A DNA stretch of 64,000 nucleotides from an uncultured Bacteroidales bacterium (GCA_963717995.1 CAVQXX010000015.1:91871-155870); one strand, 5' to 3'; shown: positions 10,287 to 20,247, numbered from the stretch's first letter. Notes: generated by a model not told the origin, from the letters alone. Made by a program: numbers and translations.

Positions 10287-12581
10287 TTACTTTTTATCCT
10301 GAACACACTGTACCGGATTTCCATTGATTTCTACTTCAAGGGGTTCACCTTCAATCAAACCAACATTCACTTTCTTTTCAGAAATGCTTACCTTCAGTTT
10401 TCTTCCCCTGTAATTAATGTAAAAGGAAAGTGATTTCCATTTCTTCGGGAGATTGGGATTAAAGCTGATCATTGTTTCTCTTATCCGCATTCCGCCAAAG
10501 CCAAGAACGATCGACATCCAGGTACCGCCCATACTGGTAATATGAAGTCCCTCATCCACTTCCCGGTTATAATCATCCAGGTCAAGCCTCGAAGTACGAA
10601 GATAAAGTTCATAAGCATCGTCAAATTTACCGATCCGGTTAGCCAGTATCGAATGAATGCAAGGGGAAAGAGAAGATTCATGAACTGTGCGGGGTTCATA
10701 AAACTCATAATTCCTGCGGATTGTTTCTGTGGAAAATTCATTTTCAAAACAGAAAATGCCCTGAAGAACATCGGCCTGCTTAATGAAGACCGAGCGGAGG
10801 ATACGGTCCCAGGACCAGTGCTGGTTTATAGGTCTTTCCGCAGGATCCAGTTCTGACGCCATTCGCTGTTCCTTATCCATAAAACCTTCCTGTTGAAGAA
10901 ATATTCCCTGTTCTTTCAATTCAGGGAAAAACATATTGTCAAGAATATGCTGCCAGGATTTTGTTTCCGTTTCAAATCCGAATTTGGTCTTTTGAATAAT
11001 ACGATCATATTCTCCCGGGTAGTTTTTCTTTACATGATCGATGGCTTCCAGTGTATATCGCATTGTCCAGCATGCCATTTTATTGGTATACCAGTTGTTA
11101 TTCACATTGTTTTCATATTCGTTGGGCCCGGTAACCCCAAGCATAACATATTGTCCCTTTGATTCCGACCAGTTTATTCTCTGTTTCCAGAACCTTGAAA
11201 TGCCAATCAGCACTTCCAGGCCATATTCAGCAAGGTAATTCTTATCGCCGGTATAGCAGATGTAATTGTAAATGGCATAGGCAATCGCTCCGTTCCTGTG
11301 TATTTCTTCAAATGTGATCTCCCACTCGTTGTGGCACTCTTCACCATTCATGGTTACCATCGGATAAAGGGCTGCTCCTGAATGAAAGCCAAGTTTTTCA
11401 GCATTTTCAATTGCCTTCTGCAGCTGCTTGTACCTGTATATCAACAGGTTTCGGGCCACTTTTTCATTTTCGGTGCTCAGGTAGAACTGGAAAAGAAAGG
11501 CTTCTGTATCCCAATAGGTGCTTCCACCATACTTTTCCCCGGTAAATCCTTTAGGGCCGATATTAAGTCGCTCATCGTGACCGGTATACGTCTGGTTCAG
11601 CTGAAAAACATTGAACCGGATCCCTTGCTGGGCCAAAGGATCTCCTTCGATTATAATGTCGCTGTTTGACCAGTTTTCTTCCCATTTGGCTGAATGCTCT
11701 GCAAACAGCCTGTCGAATTTCTTCTCAAATGCCCTGTGGACCGAATGCTTGCATTTTTCAACAATCCGGTCATGGGCATAATTCAACGAGTCAAGCACTG
11801 CAGCATATTTATAAAGGACTATTTCCTCACCGGCAGATGCGATGACACCGGCCCTGTTTCCTGCAAAAGTTTCAGTTTGTTCCGGATGGAAGGTTGCAGG
11901 AATAGATTTGCCGTTTACCTTTATCTCCACCATCATGGAAAAGCAAACTTCGAAAGCCGATTTACGGGTGCGGGCGTGAAGAAAGGATATGCCCGGTTCT
12001 GACCCGGTATTCAATATGTCCCAGAATTTCTCATCGTAATTCGAATCCCTGTTAACCACATTGCCTTCGATAAATGAAAAAAATTCAATTTCACCCGAAA
12101 AATTCAACGGTTTAACCGCGTACCGGATGGCGCCAATTTCATCGTCTGCCATGCTGAGAAACCTCCTGGCCCTGATCTGCAGTTTCTTTCCTGATTTGAG
12201 TTCTGCCGTAAATGAACGTTCCAGGTAGCCCTGTTTCATGTTTAACTCCCGGACGAAATCAGAGATCTTGCAGGTATGGAGGTCAAGATCTTCGCCATCG
12301 ACATGCACATGGATGCCGATCCAGCTAGGGGCATTGGGGACTTTTGCAAAGTATTCGGGATACCCGTTTTTCCACCAGCCAACACGGGTTTTGTCGGGAT
12401 AGTAAATCCCAGCAATATAAGTTCCCTGCAACGATTCGCCGGTATAGTTTTCTTCAAAATTGGCCCTTTGACCCATGTGGCCGTTTCCCAGACTAAAAAT
12501 GCTTTCGGAAGCTTCATGTTTCTGTGGATCAAAACCGTCTTCAATAACGCTCCATTCGTTCGTTTTATAATAACTTTTCAT
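10287..12581 (-). CDS. GH65 family disaccharide phosphorylase (maltose phosphorylase-like)
   Basis: 764 aa. The N-terminus (NEWSVIEDGFDP..ESIFSLGNGHMGQRANFEE) and central (alpha/alpha)6 region are typical of GH65. Sits between beta-phosphoglucomutase and GH13 genes. Confidence 0.85.
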   Translation of the reverse strand: MKSYYKTNEWSVIEDGFDPQKHEASESIFSLGNGHMGQRANFEENYTGESLQGTYIAGIYYPDKTRVGWWKNGYPEYFAKVPNAPSWIGIHVHVDGEDLDLHTCKISDFVRELNMKQGYLERSFTAELKSGKKLQIRARRFLSMADDEIGAIRYAVKPLNFSGEIEFFSFIEGNVVNRDSNYDEKFWDILNTGSEPGISFLHARTRKSAFEVCFSMMVEIKVNGKSIPATFHPEQTETFAGNRAGVIASAGEEIVLYKYAAVLDSLNYAHDRIVEKCKHSVHRAFEKKFDRLFAEHSAKWEENWSNSDIIIEGDPLAQQGIRFNVFQLNQTYTGHDERLNIGPKGFTGEKYGGSTYWDTEAFLFQFYLSTENEKVARNLLIYRYKQLQKAIENAEKLGFHSGAALYPMVTMNGEECHNEWEITFEEIHRNGAIAYAIYNYICYTGDKNYLAEYGLEVLIGISRFWKQRINWSESKGQYVMLGVTGPNEYENNVNNNWYTNKMACWTMRYTLEAIDHVKKNYPGEYDRIIQKTKFGFETETKSWQHILDNMFFPELKEQGIFLQQEGFMDKEQRMASELDPAERPINQHWSWDRILRSVFIKQADVLQGIFCFENEFSTETIRRNYEFYEPRTVHESSLSPCIHSILANRIGKFDDAYELYLRTSRLDLDDYNREVDEGLHITSMGGTWMSIVLGFGGMRIRETMISFNPNLPKKWKSLSFYINYRGRKLKVSISEKKVNVGLIEGEPLEVEINGNPVQCVQDKK

Positions 12582-12628
12582 CGCCTTGCCTTCAAAGGTT
12601 AAACAATTACTTCTTCGGATTCTTCCAA

Positions 12629-13273
12629 CTATAAAGTTAGATCTTTCAGCCTGAAATTTTCAAATCCCGGTATGATCATATCTGCCTCATTCAGGATATC
12701 CGGGCTACCCACACCAACGCATTTCATGCCAGCCCGGTGTGCTGCTTCAACCCCTGCAACCGCATCCTCAAAAACAATGCATTGTGACGGTGGCATATTC
12801 AACATGCTGGCACCGGTTAAAAACACCTCCGGATCCGGCTTTGCATGGGTAATGATGTTTCCATCAACAATTGCATCAAAGAATTCCGTGATGGCTGTTT
12901 TGGAGAGGATACTCCGTGCATTTTTACTTACCGATCCGAGTCCGATGAGGATGCCTGATTTTTTTAATTCAGTCAGAAATTCCCTTACCCCCGGAAGGAT
13001 GTCTTCAGGAATCATTTTTTCAATGTACCCAAGGTACAGCGTGTTTTTTTCAGCCGCATATTCCAGTTTTTCCAAATCCGTCGGGGCCTTTTTTCCAATT
13101 TCAAGCAGGATTTCAAGAGATGCCATCCTGCTAACTCCTTTCAATCGCTCGTTATCAGATTCTGTAAATGTAAATCCCAACCTGTCAGCCAGGCTTTTCC
13201 AGGCAAGGAAGTGAAAACGTGCTGTATCCACCAAGACTCCGTCCAGGTCAAAAATACATGCTTTTATCATCAT
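12629..13273 (-). CDS. pgmB: Beta-phosphoglucomutase
   Basis: HAD motif I FDLDGVLVDT, ..KPDPEVFL.., ..FEDAVAGVEAA..; context next to the GH65 phosphorylase. Confidence 0.85.
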   Translation of the reverse strand: MMIKACIFDLDGVLVDTARFHFLAWKSLADRLGFTFTESDNERLKGVSRMASLEILLEIGKKAPTDLEKLEYAAEKNTLYLGYIEKMIPEDILPGVREFLTELKKSGILIGLGSVSKNARSILSKTAITEFFDAIVDGNIITHAKPDPEVFLTGASMLNMPPSQCIVFEDAVAGVEAAHRAGMKCVGVGSPDILNEADMIIPGFENFRLKDLTL

Positions 13274-14766
13274 CTCTTATCTTTATTATCGTTCACAATC
13301 AGTACAAGAGCGGCGGCAAGGAACATCGAAATACCCCCGCTGATGAGTGCATAAATGCTCTCGCCATGGAAGAGGATCTTTACCATAAAGCCCAGCAGGG
13401 TTGCAGCAAGGATTTGTGGTATCACAATAAAAAAGTTAAAGATACCCATATAAACGCCCATTTTTGATTGGGGCAGCGCGCCGGTAAGTATGGCATAGGG
13501 CATGGCAAGGATACTTGACCATGCCAGGCCAATGCCTATCATGGAATATACCATCTGATGAGGATCGGTAAGAAAGTATAGCGAAATCAGTCCGAATCCG
13601 CCACAGGTAAGGGCTATCATATGGGTAATTTTGCGGCTTGTATAGCGGGCAAGCCATGGCAACACCGCAATGCCAAAAAAGGCAGCAAAAAGATTGTACC
13701 ATCCGAACATTCCGCCTACCCAATTCGCGCCCTCATTATAGGCCACCGACGAAGTATCTGTGGTTCCGTACAGGTGACTTGTAATGGCGGGTGTTGTGTA
13801 GATCCACATGGAGAAAAGTGCAAACCAGGAAAAAAACTGGACCACTGCCAGCTGTGCCATGGTTTTGGGCATACGATACAGGTCCGTAATGACGCTGACC
13901 AATCCAGACCGGCCATGATTTTTGAGAATAAGCCGGGCACAGATGAGCTGTAGCAAACCGAACAATGTCAAGCCTCCTGCGAGAATGTACAGCTCTTTTT
14001 CAAGTTTAAGATAATATACAGGAAATGCAATGATGGCACCGGCAATCAGCCAGATGACCCCCCTTCTCATATAAGTTCCGGCAGGTTCAGTTGTTTGGTC
14101 TTCGCGAATTTCTTTATCCTGCTGTGATTCGAATTTCTTCATTTCTTCGGGAGAATATTCTTTTGTGGTAAAAACTGTCCACATTACCGCGAATAAGAAT
14201 ACTGCTCCGCCAAAATAAAATGAATAGATCACCGTAGGAGGAAGTCCCTGTTCAGCGGTATTGGGAATATTAAGCCAGTTTGCCAGGATGTAGGGAAGCC
14301 AGGATGCAACAAAAGCACCGATTCCGATAAAAAAACTTTGCATTGTAAAACCTAATGTTCGCTGTTCGTCGGGAAGCATATCACCTACAAATGCCCGGAA
14401 GGGTTCCATGGAAATATTGATGGAAGCATCCATGATCCACAGCATTCCCACGGCTATCCATAACGAGGGCGAATTGGGCATGATAAGTAAGGCGAGGGAG
14501 GCCAGAATGGCACCGATCATAAAAAAGGGACGCCTTCTTCCGAATCTGCCCCAGGTGTGATCACTCAGGTATCCGATAATGGGTTGCATGATGAGCCCGG
14601 TTACCGGGGCTGCAATCCAAAAGAGCGGGAGACGGTCAATATCTGCGCCCAGGGTTTGGAAAATGCGGCTCACATTGGCATTTTGCAATGCGAAGCCAAA
14701 CTGGATACCGAGAAATCCAAAACTCATGTTCCAGATTTGCCAAAAGCGAAGTTTAGGTTTGTTCAT
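13270..14766 (-). CDS. MFS sugar transporter (SLC45/GPH-like, probable maltose/maltodextrin importer)
   Basis: About 12 predicted TM segments, a long central loop, and N-terminal ..FWQIWNMSFGFLGIQFGFALQNANVSRIF.. typical of the SLC45-like MFS subgroup. 4-nt overlap with pgmB. Confidence 0.75.
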   Translation of the reverse strand: MNKPKLRFWQIWNMSFGFLGIQFGFALQNANVSRIFQTLGADIDRLPLFWIAAPVTGLIMQPIIGYLSDHTWGRFGRRRPFFMIGAILASLALLIMPNSPSLWIAVGMLWIMDASINISMEPFRAFVGDMLPDEQRTLGFTMQSFFIGIGAFVASWLPYILANWLNIPNTAEQGLPPTVIYSFYFGGAVFLFAVMWTVFTTKEYSPEEMKKFESQQDKEIREDQTTEPAGTYMRRGVIWLIAGAIIAFPVYYLKLEKELYILAGGLTLFGLLQLICARLILKNHGRSGLVSVITDLYRMPKTMAQLAVVQFFSWFALFSMWIYTTPAITSHLYGTTDTSSVAYNEGANWVGGMFGWYNLFAAFFGIAVLPWLARYTSRKITHMIALTCGGFGLISLYFLTDPHQMVYSMIGIGLAWSSILAMPYAILTGALPQSKMGVYMGIFNFFIVIPQILAATLLGFMVKILFHGESIYALISGGISMFLAAALVLIVNDNKDKR

Positions 14767-14837
14767 GTAGAAATTTTATTATTGAAATCATAATGTAAGA
14801 TAGTAAAATAAGAATTATGAATGAGGAATGATGAAAA

Positions 14838-14908
14838 CTAATGTGCTAATGTGCTAATGTGCTAATATGCTAATATGCAAATGTGCTAATGTGCTGATGT
14901 GGTAATGT
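14838..14908. repeat. (GTGCTAAT)n 8-bp tandem array, about 9 units with variants
   Basis: ctaatgtgctaatgtgctaatgtgctaatatgctaatatgcaaatgtgctaatgtgctgatgtggtaatgt. Confidence 0.9.
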
Positions 14909-14980
14909 AAGTCATGAAGTCGGGAAGGCCTCGGAGAGGCCATTATCAATAACCGTGGGTGAAACCCACGCAGAGTGAGC

Positions 14981-15012
14981 ACAAAAAAACCGGTGAAGGA
15001 TATTCACCGGTT
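14981..15012 (-). terminator. Rho-independent terminator of the small secreted-protein gene
   Basis: On the minus strand, accggtgaatatccttcaccggt (9-bp stem) is followed by a T7 run, 37 nt after the stop. Confidence 0.75.
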
Positions 15013-15048
15013 GCATTGCACTACGTATATGTTGATTGAACTGTTTTC

Positions 15049-15453
15049 TTATTCGGATACCGAAGCGGTGTATTTAACCGATTGTTCAATTTGCGAGTTC
15101 AGTTGATCAAGGTTTTCCAGGGCAACTGCCAGTTCAAAATTTTCGTTCACGGCAGGTGAAACATACTCTGCTTCCAGGGCGGCTGAAGAGAACAAATCGT
15201 TCAGTCTTGATTCGGCAACAAATACTTCAAATGCTGCTGAATTTTCTGACAAAGCAGGTACATTAAATGCAACGGCCTTTTCAAGTTCAGTGTTATACAT
15301 GGCCAGGCTATTGGAAGCTGCCTGTATTTCATTCATTTCTGAACTGGCATTTTTTCCTGAAGCTGCTTGCATCGGCAGAAGGGAAGCAAAGAGGACGGTT
15401 ACGGAAGCTAAGGTTACTTTAGCAATCTGGTTTAAGTTTTTTGTTGTTTTCAT
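15049..15453 (-). CDS. Small secreted hypothetical protein (A/E/N/S-rich, probably helical)
   Basis: 134 aa ORF with a signal peptide (..VLFASLLPMQAAS). It has its own -7-like box (15495-15502) and an intrinsic terminator (14981-15012). I recognise no family. Confidence 0.6.
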   Translation of the reverse strand: MKTTKNLNQIAKVTLASVTVLFASLLPMQAASGKNASSEMNEIQAASNSLAMYNTELEKAVAFNVPALSENSAAFEVFVAESRLNDLFSSAALEAEYVSPAVNENFELAVALENLDQLNSQIEQSVKYTASVSE

Positions 15454-15494
15454 GGCTGGTTATATTTTCTTGTTTTTGTTTCCTGTTAGTATAA

Positions 15495-15502
15495 CAAATA
15501 TA
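15495..15502 (-). promoter_or_regulatory. Candidate -7 box (TAnnTTTG on the minus strand) upstream of the small secreted-protein gene
   Basis: Plus-strand caaatata, 42 nt upstream of the start at 15453. Confidence 0.4.
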
Positions 15503-15626
15503 TTACATTAACCGTGCCAAAGTTTGTAAATATCAAATATACAGCGTAATAACTATGAATTTGATTTTTTTCAATCAGTAATTATTGATTTAAACCGAAC
15601 AGGAGTGTTCGGAAGCGGACGGTGAA

Positions 15627-15649
15627 AACAATGAACAATGAACAATGAA
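15627..15649. repeat. (AACAATG)3 7-bp tandem array
   Basis: aacaatgaacaatgaacaatgaa. Confidence 0.85.
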
Positions 15650-15680
15650 AAGGAGGGAAAAACTAAAAGTGGATAACAAT

Positions 15681-15728
15681 ATGCTAATGTGCTAATGTGC
15701 TAATGTGCTAATGTGCTAATGTGCTAAT
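15681..15728. repeat. (GTGCTAAT)n 8-bp tandem array, 6 units, same orientation as 14838-14908
   Basis: atgctaatgtgctaatgtgctaatgtgctaatgtgctaatgtgctaat. Confidence 0.92.
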
Positions 15729-15806
15729 TGGGCTGACGCATCTGCAGATCTGCAAAACTAAAGAATATCAAACTGCAGAACTTTTCTTCGGCTGCAATAC
15801 TTCCTT

Positions 15807-15856
15807 ACTGCATAACTGTATAACTGCATAACTGCATAATTGCAGAACTGCAGAAC
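15807..15856. repeat. (CTGCA[TG]AA)n 8-bp tandem array
   Basis: actgcataactgtataactgcataactgcataattgcagaactgcagaac. It ends 2 nt from the corrected DUF1015 stop codon (15859-15861). Confidence 0.9.
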
Positions 15857-15858
15857 AT

Positions 15859-17106
15859 TTATTCCAGGCGGTGCAGCACCAGCCCGCTTCGTAGCTTGGG
15901 CTCAAACCATGTTGTCTTGGGTGGCATAATACTTGCCAGTATCTGCAATCCGCATGAGCTGATCCATTGTAACAGGGAACAGGGCAAAGGCGACTGCCAT
16001 TTCACCGCTGTCCACCCGGCGCTTTAATTCAGAAAGTCCCCTGATTCCGCCCACAAAATCTATCCGGTTTGAGCTTCTGAGATCTTTTATGCCCAGCAAA
16101 TGATCGAGTACGTGTTCAGAAAGCAATGTCACATCAAGGCATCCGATTGGATCGTTATCATTGAATGTTCCGGTCTTGGCCTCCAGCGCGTACCATTTGC
16201 CATTGAGATACATGGCAAATTCATGGGCCTGGGCGGGCTTGTATTCATTATTTCCTTTAGGGACTACAATAAATGTTTTTGCAAGTTTTTCAAGAAACTG
16301 GGAAGGCGTATTTCCATTCAGATCCTTTACCACACGGTTGTAATCGAAAATTGACAACTGGCTGGCAGGAAAATGTACCGCAAGAAAATAGTTATACTCT
16401 TCATTCCCTTTATGACCGGGATTATCTTCTTTTCGTTCTTCACCTACATGGGCCGCAGCGGCTGTGCGATGGTGGCCATCAGCAATATAGGTAAATGGTA
16501 TATCATGTTGAAAAATAGATTCAATTCGTTGGATAATATTTTTTTCCGATATTATCCACAGCTGATGATGAATGGCATCTTCAGTTTTAAAATCATATTC
16601 AGGTTTATCTGAAATTACCTTATTCACCAGCCTGTTTATTTCTTCATGATCAGGATAGGCAAAAAATACGGGTTCGGAATTGAAATTTGTGACACGTATA
16701 TGGTTTTTCGGTCTTCTTCTTTTTCAACCCTTGTTAATTCATGTTTCCGGATCACATTGTTCAGGTAATCAGCCACGGAAGCGCAGGCCACAAGGCCATA
16801 CTGGGTTCTTCCCCACATGGTTTGTGCATAAATGTAAAAACATGGAACATCATCCTGCACAAAGATTTTTTTATCAATTAACGATTGCAGGTTGGCTTTA
16901 GCTTTTTCATATACTGCTGATGCATAATGGTCAGTTTCCGGAGGGAGGTCAATCTCGGATTTGATTACATGGTAAAAGGAATTGGGATTCCCCCTGGCTT
17001 CCACTGAAGCCTCTTCTGAAGATAATACATCATATGGACGGGAAGCAATTTTTGCTGCCAGGTCCTTTCCAGGCCGGAACCCTTTGAATGCTTTGATAAT
17101 TGCCAT
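15859..17106 (-). pseudogene. DUF1015 family protein, two frameshifts (possibly sequencing indels)
   Basis: The N-terminus MAIIKAFKGFRP..SRPYDVLSSEEA is typical of DUF1015. Removing one base from the T5 run at 16704-16708 gives ..KNHIRVTNFNSEPVFFAYPDHEEINRLVNKVISDKPEYDF... A second frame change near 15925-15940 restores the C-terminus ..MPPKTTWFEPKLRSGLVLHRLE with its stop at 15859-15861. Confidence 0.8.
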
Positions 17107-17149
17107 TATAAGTTTGGTAGATTGACTGTAAAGGTAATAATAATGATGC

Positions 17150-17184
17150 TTGGTAAAACAAACAGAGACGCAATATTTTGCGTC
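17150..17184 (-). terminator. Candidate intrinsic terminator after serA
   Basis: Minus strand: gacgcaaaatattgcgtc hairpin followed by the T-rich tctgtttgtttt. Confidence 0.5.
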
Positions 17185-17214
17185 CCCGTTTATAATATAG
17201 CCAGGTAATAGTTT

Positions 17215-18135
17215 CTAATTCACCTGGAAGGTTTTGTCACCTTTGGTAAGGAAGTTAACGATCTGCCTGGCAGCTGCCAGGCCTGCATTGATATTGGCTT
17301 CCTCTGTCTGGGCGCCCATCTTTTTTGGTGTAGCATAATATCGTGCACCATATTCTGTTTTGATTTGTTCCTGGCAATCAGGTGCTACATCGGTAACATA
17401 CCTGAAATCTTTCCGTTCGGCAAACATTTTCAGCAATGACGGTTCATGAATGATTTCCTTCCGTGCTGTATTAACGAGGGTAGCACCTTCGGGCATTAAA
17501 TTCAGAAGGTCGAAATTAATGGATTCTTTTGTTTCCTTGTTTGCGGGAAGATTGACTGAAATATACTGGCATTTGCGGTATAAATCCTCTGCAACGGAAA
17601 CATATTTTACACCGTCGTTTTCAATAACTATCTTATCCACGAAAGGATCATGCCCAAATACATCCATTCCAAATCCCTTGGCAATCCTGGCCACGATCCG
17701 GCCAATATGGCCATATGCATGAATTCCCAGCGTTTTACCCCGTAATTCAACACCTGAACTGCCATTGTAGAAATTACGGTTCAGAAAGATCATCGCTCCA
17801 AAAGCAAGTTCAGCAACTGCATTCGCGTTCTGTCCGGGTGTGTTCATTACCACAACTCCTTTGGCAGAGGCTGCCTTCAGATCGATATTGTCATAACCGG
17901 CACCTGCCCTCACCGCAATTTTAAGCTTGCCGGCTGCCTTGATCACCTCCTCATCGATGATATCACTGCGAACAATGATGGCATCTACATCTTTCACAGC
18001 CTCGAACAGTTGTTCTTTGGTTGTATACTTTTCCAGGAGCTTCAATTCAAATCCGGCATTTTTTATGATCTCGCCGATTCCATTCACCGCCACTTTTGCA
18101 AATGGCTTGTCAGTTGCTATAAGAACAGTATGCAT
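17215..18135 (-). CDS. serA: D-3-phosphoglycerate dehydrogenase / D-isomer 2-hydroxyacid dehydrogenase
   Basis: 306 aa; NAD-binding region GIHAYGHIGRIVA..; 2-hydroxyacid dehydrogenase pattern; directly downstream of serC. Confidence 0.75.
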   Translation of the reverse strand: MHTVLIATDKPFAKVAVNGIGEIIKNAGFELKLLEKYTTKEQLFEAVKDVDAIIVRSDIIDEEVIKAAGKLKIAVRAGAGYDNIDLKAASAKGVVVMNTPGQNANAVAELAFGAMIFLNRNFYNGSSGVELRGKTLGIHAYGHIGRIVARIAKGFGMDVFGHDPFVDKIVIENDGVKYVSVAEDLYRKCQYISVNLPANKETKESINFDLLNLMPEGATLVNTARKEIIHEPSLLKMFAERKDFRYVTDVAPDCQEQIKTEYGARYYATPKKMGAQTEEANINAGLAAARQIVNFLTKGDKTFQVN

Positions 18136-18199
18136 GTTTTTATGTATTTAAGATTAACGTAAGGTAATTATTAAGCACCGGTTATCGAGAGATAATTTT

Positions 18200-18264
18200 G
18201 GTGACTGGTGACTGGTGACAAGTGACCGATTTTCACTCGTCACTTGTCACTCGTCACTTGTCAC
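18200..18264. repeat. (GGTGACT)/(GTCACT[CT]) arrays in inverted orientation, forming a 12-bp perfect stem
   Basis: ggtgactggtgactggtgacaagtgac .. tcactcgtcacttgtcactcgtcacttgtcac. gtgacaagtgac (18215-18226) is complementary to gtcacttgtcac at 18239-18250 and at 18253-18264. The array touches the serC stop codon (18264-18266). Confidence 0.9.
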
Positions 18265-19334
18265 TAGTTACCAGCCTCAAACTCCTTCATGGCATCCACA
18301 AGTGCCTTTACGCCCTCCACAGGCATGGCATTATAAATGGAAGCCCGGAATCCGCCAACTGACCGGTGACCCTTTATACCTACCAGCCCCTTTGCTTTGG
18401 CAAGTTCCAGGAACTTTTCTTCCATATCCTTATATTCCGGTTTAAAGACAAAGACAACATTCATCAAAGATCTGTCTTCTACATTGGCAAGGGGCGACAT
18501 AAACAGCTTGTTTCTGTCAATTTCATTGTACAGCATTTCTGCCTTTTCAACATTGATTTTGTAAATTGCCTTCAGGCCACCCAGATTTTTCAGCCATTTC
18601 AGGGTTTGCAGGCAGGCATAAATAGCTACACAGGGTGGTGTATTGTACAAAGAATCGTTTTCAGCATGGACCTTATAGCTCAGCATGGTTGGAACAGGTC
18701 TTGCCGATTTTTCAAGCAGGCTGTCCTTGATGATGGCAAAGGAAACGCCTGAGGGACCAAGGTTCTTTTGTGCACCGCCATATATGAGGGCATATTTCGA
18801 AATATCAACAGGCCGGCTGAGGATATCAGATGAAGCATCCGCAATGACCGGAACAGGAGAATTCAAATCCTCCTTCATTTCAGTACCATAAATTGTATTG
18901 TTGGTAGTCACATGCAGATAATCCACATCTGAAGGTATGGTGAAACCTTTGGGAATAAAGGTGTAATTCTGGTCTTTCGAAGAACCCAGCACCTGTACCT
19001 CTCCAAAAAATTTGGCTTCCTTAATTGCCTTTGATGCCCATGAACCTGAATCAACATAAGCTGCTTTCTTGCCTAAGAAATTATAGGGGATCATGGTAAA
19101 CTGTAAACTGGCTCCTCCCTGAAGGAAAAGAATGGAATATCCGGAAGGTATCCCCAACAATTCCCTGAATAAGTCCTTAGCTTCTTTTAAAATGGCTTCG
19201 AAATCCTTGCTGCGATGAGATATTTCCATAATTGACATCCCACTGCCATTAAGGTTAAGAACTGCTTCCGCTGTGTTTTTCAGTGTGAATTCAGGCAATA
19301 CTGATGGACCCGGATTAAAGTTGTACTTTTTCAT
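18264..19334 (-). CDS. serC: Phosphoserine aminotransferase
   Basis: 356 aa; [15 protein letters not shown].. N-terminus and ..[14 protein letters not shown].. PLP-lysine region typical of SerC. Confidence 0.9.
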   Translation of the reverse strand: MKKYNFNPGPSVLPEFTLKNTAEAVLNLNGSGMSIMEISHRSKDFEAILKEAKDLFRELLGIPSGYSILFLQGGASLQFTMIPYNFLGKKAAYVDSGSWASKAIKEAKFFGEVQVLGSSKDQNYTFIPKGFTIPSDVDYLHVTTNNTIYGTEMKEDLNSPVPVIADASSDILSRPVDISKYALIYGGAQKNLGPSGVSFAIIKDSLLEKSARPVPTMLSYKVHAENDSLYNTPPCVAIYACLQTLKWLKNLGGLKAIYKINVEKAEMLYNEIDRNKLFMSPLANVEDRSLMNVVFVFKPEYKDMEEKFLELAKAKGLVGIKGHRSVGGFRASIYNAMPVEGVKALVDAMKEFEAGN

Positions 19335-19375
19335 AGGAGCTTATTTTATTTGTTAAATTATTAACAACAGGTTTT

Positions 19376-19383
19376 CAAATTTA
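19376..19383 (-). promoter_or_regulatory. Candidate -7 box upstream of serC
   Basis: Plus-strand caaattta (minus-strand taaatttg), 42 nt upstream of the start at 19334. Confidence 0.4.
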
Positions 19384-19425
19384 AAAAATATTGTTTGATG
19401 TGAAAATACTAACAGAGATTATGGA

Positions 19426-20166
19426 TTAATATTTACTATCATTTGTGACTAATGTAAGAAAATTTTCTTTCAAAGCCGGGATTAAACTGGTAAGGTTCAT
19501 AGTATGACAATACTCTATCACATCATCAAGTTTGCTCTTTTTTAACCGGTGCCTTTGCGCCGCTTTTTCAATATATCCCATCAGGTCTTTTTTAGCCAGG
19601 TTCCATAAATCCATCGAGGCGTATGTTGAATCGCAGTTTGTTGTAAACCGGTTGTTCTTTAGTACTTCTTCAGCCAGCACACCTGCGAAGAGCGTATCTT
19701 CCAGGTTGAATTTATTTTTCCATCCGGCGCAAAGTATAACCAGGTCGCGGTCCTCAAGGTTAACATAATTTACCAGGGCCTGGAGGTTTAAATACGATCC
19801 AATCAATACCCTGTGACTTTCCTTTGCCATCATGATGCTTAAGGTACCATTGGTGGTGGAATATACGATGTCCTTTCCTCCAATGATCTCCCGGCGGAAA
19901 TTATAGGGTGAATTCCCAAAGTCCGCAAAGTCGCGAACAATGCCATCGCGCTCAGCTGCAACAAGGAATCCTTTCTTTTTATAATCCATCGCCTCTTGCA
20001 AGGTAGCCACAGGAATAATGCTTTTCACACCGTTCATAAAGGCCGTCACTATGGCGGAGGTTGCCCTCAGGATGTCCACGATAACAACTATTGCCTCATC
20101 ATTCCTGAAGTCAGAGAACATGGCAGGGGAAAAACATACCTCTACTTTTCTTTTATCTTCTGCCAT
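19426..20166 (-). CDS. 2-phosphosulfolactate phosphatase (ComB) family protein
   Basis: 246 aa; ..VVIVDILRATSAIVTAF..AAERDG.. pattern of the ComB family. Confidence 0.7.
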   Translation of the reverse strand: MAEDKRKVEVCFSPAMFSDFRNDEAIVVIVDILRATSAIVTAFMNGVKSIIPVATLQEAMDYKKKGFLVAAERDGIVRDFADFGNSPYNFRREIIGGKDIVYSTTNGTLSIMMAKESHRVLIGSYLNLQALVNYVNLEDRDLVILCAGWKNKFNLEDTLFAGVLAEEVLKNNRFTTNCDSTYASMDLWNLAKKDLMGYIEKAAQRHRLKKSKLDDVIEYCHTMNLTSLIPALKENFLTLVTNDSKY

Positions 20167-20247
20167 TGCTTATTGTCAGTTTTGAATTGCTGCAACAAAT
20201 AAAAAACAATTTACCATGCAAAAAAAGAAAAATGAGGTTTTATTTTA

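Noticed and set aside
14838-15728. Tandem arrays considered as a possible CRISPR array
   Set aside because: The period is only 7-8 bp with no unique spacers, no 25-40 bp repeat units and no cas genes in the window. These are simple tandem repeats, not CRISPR.
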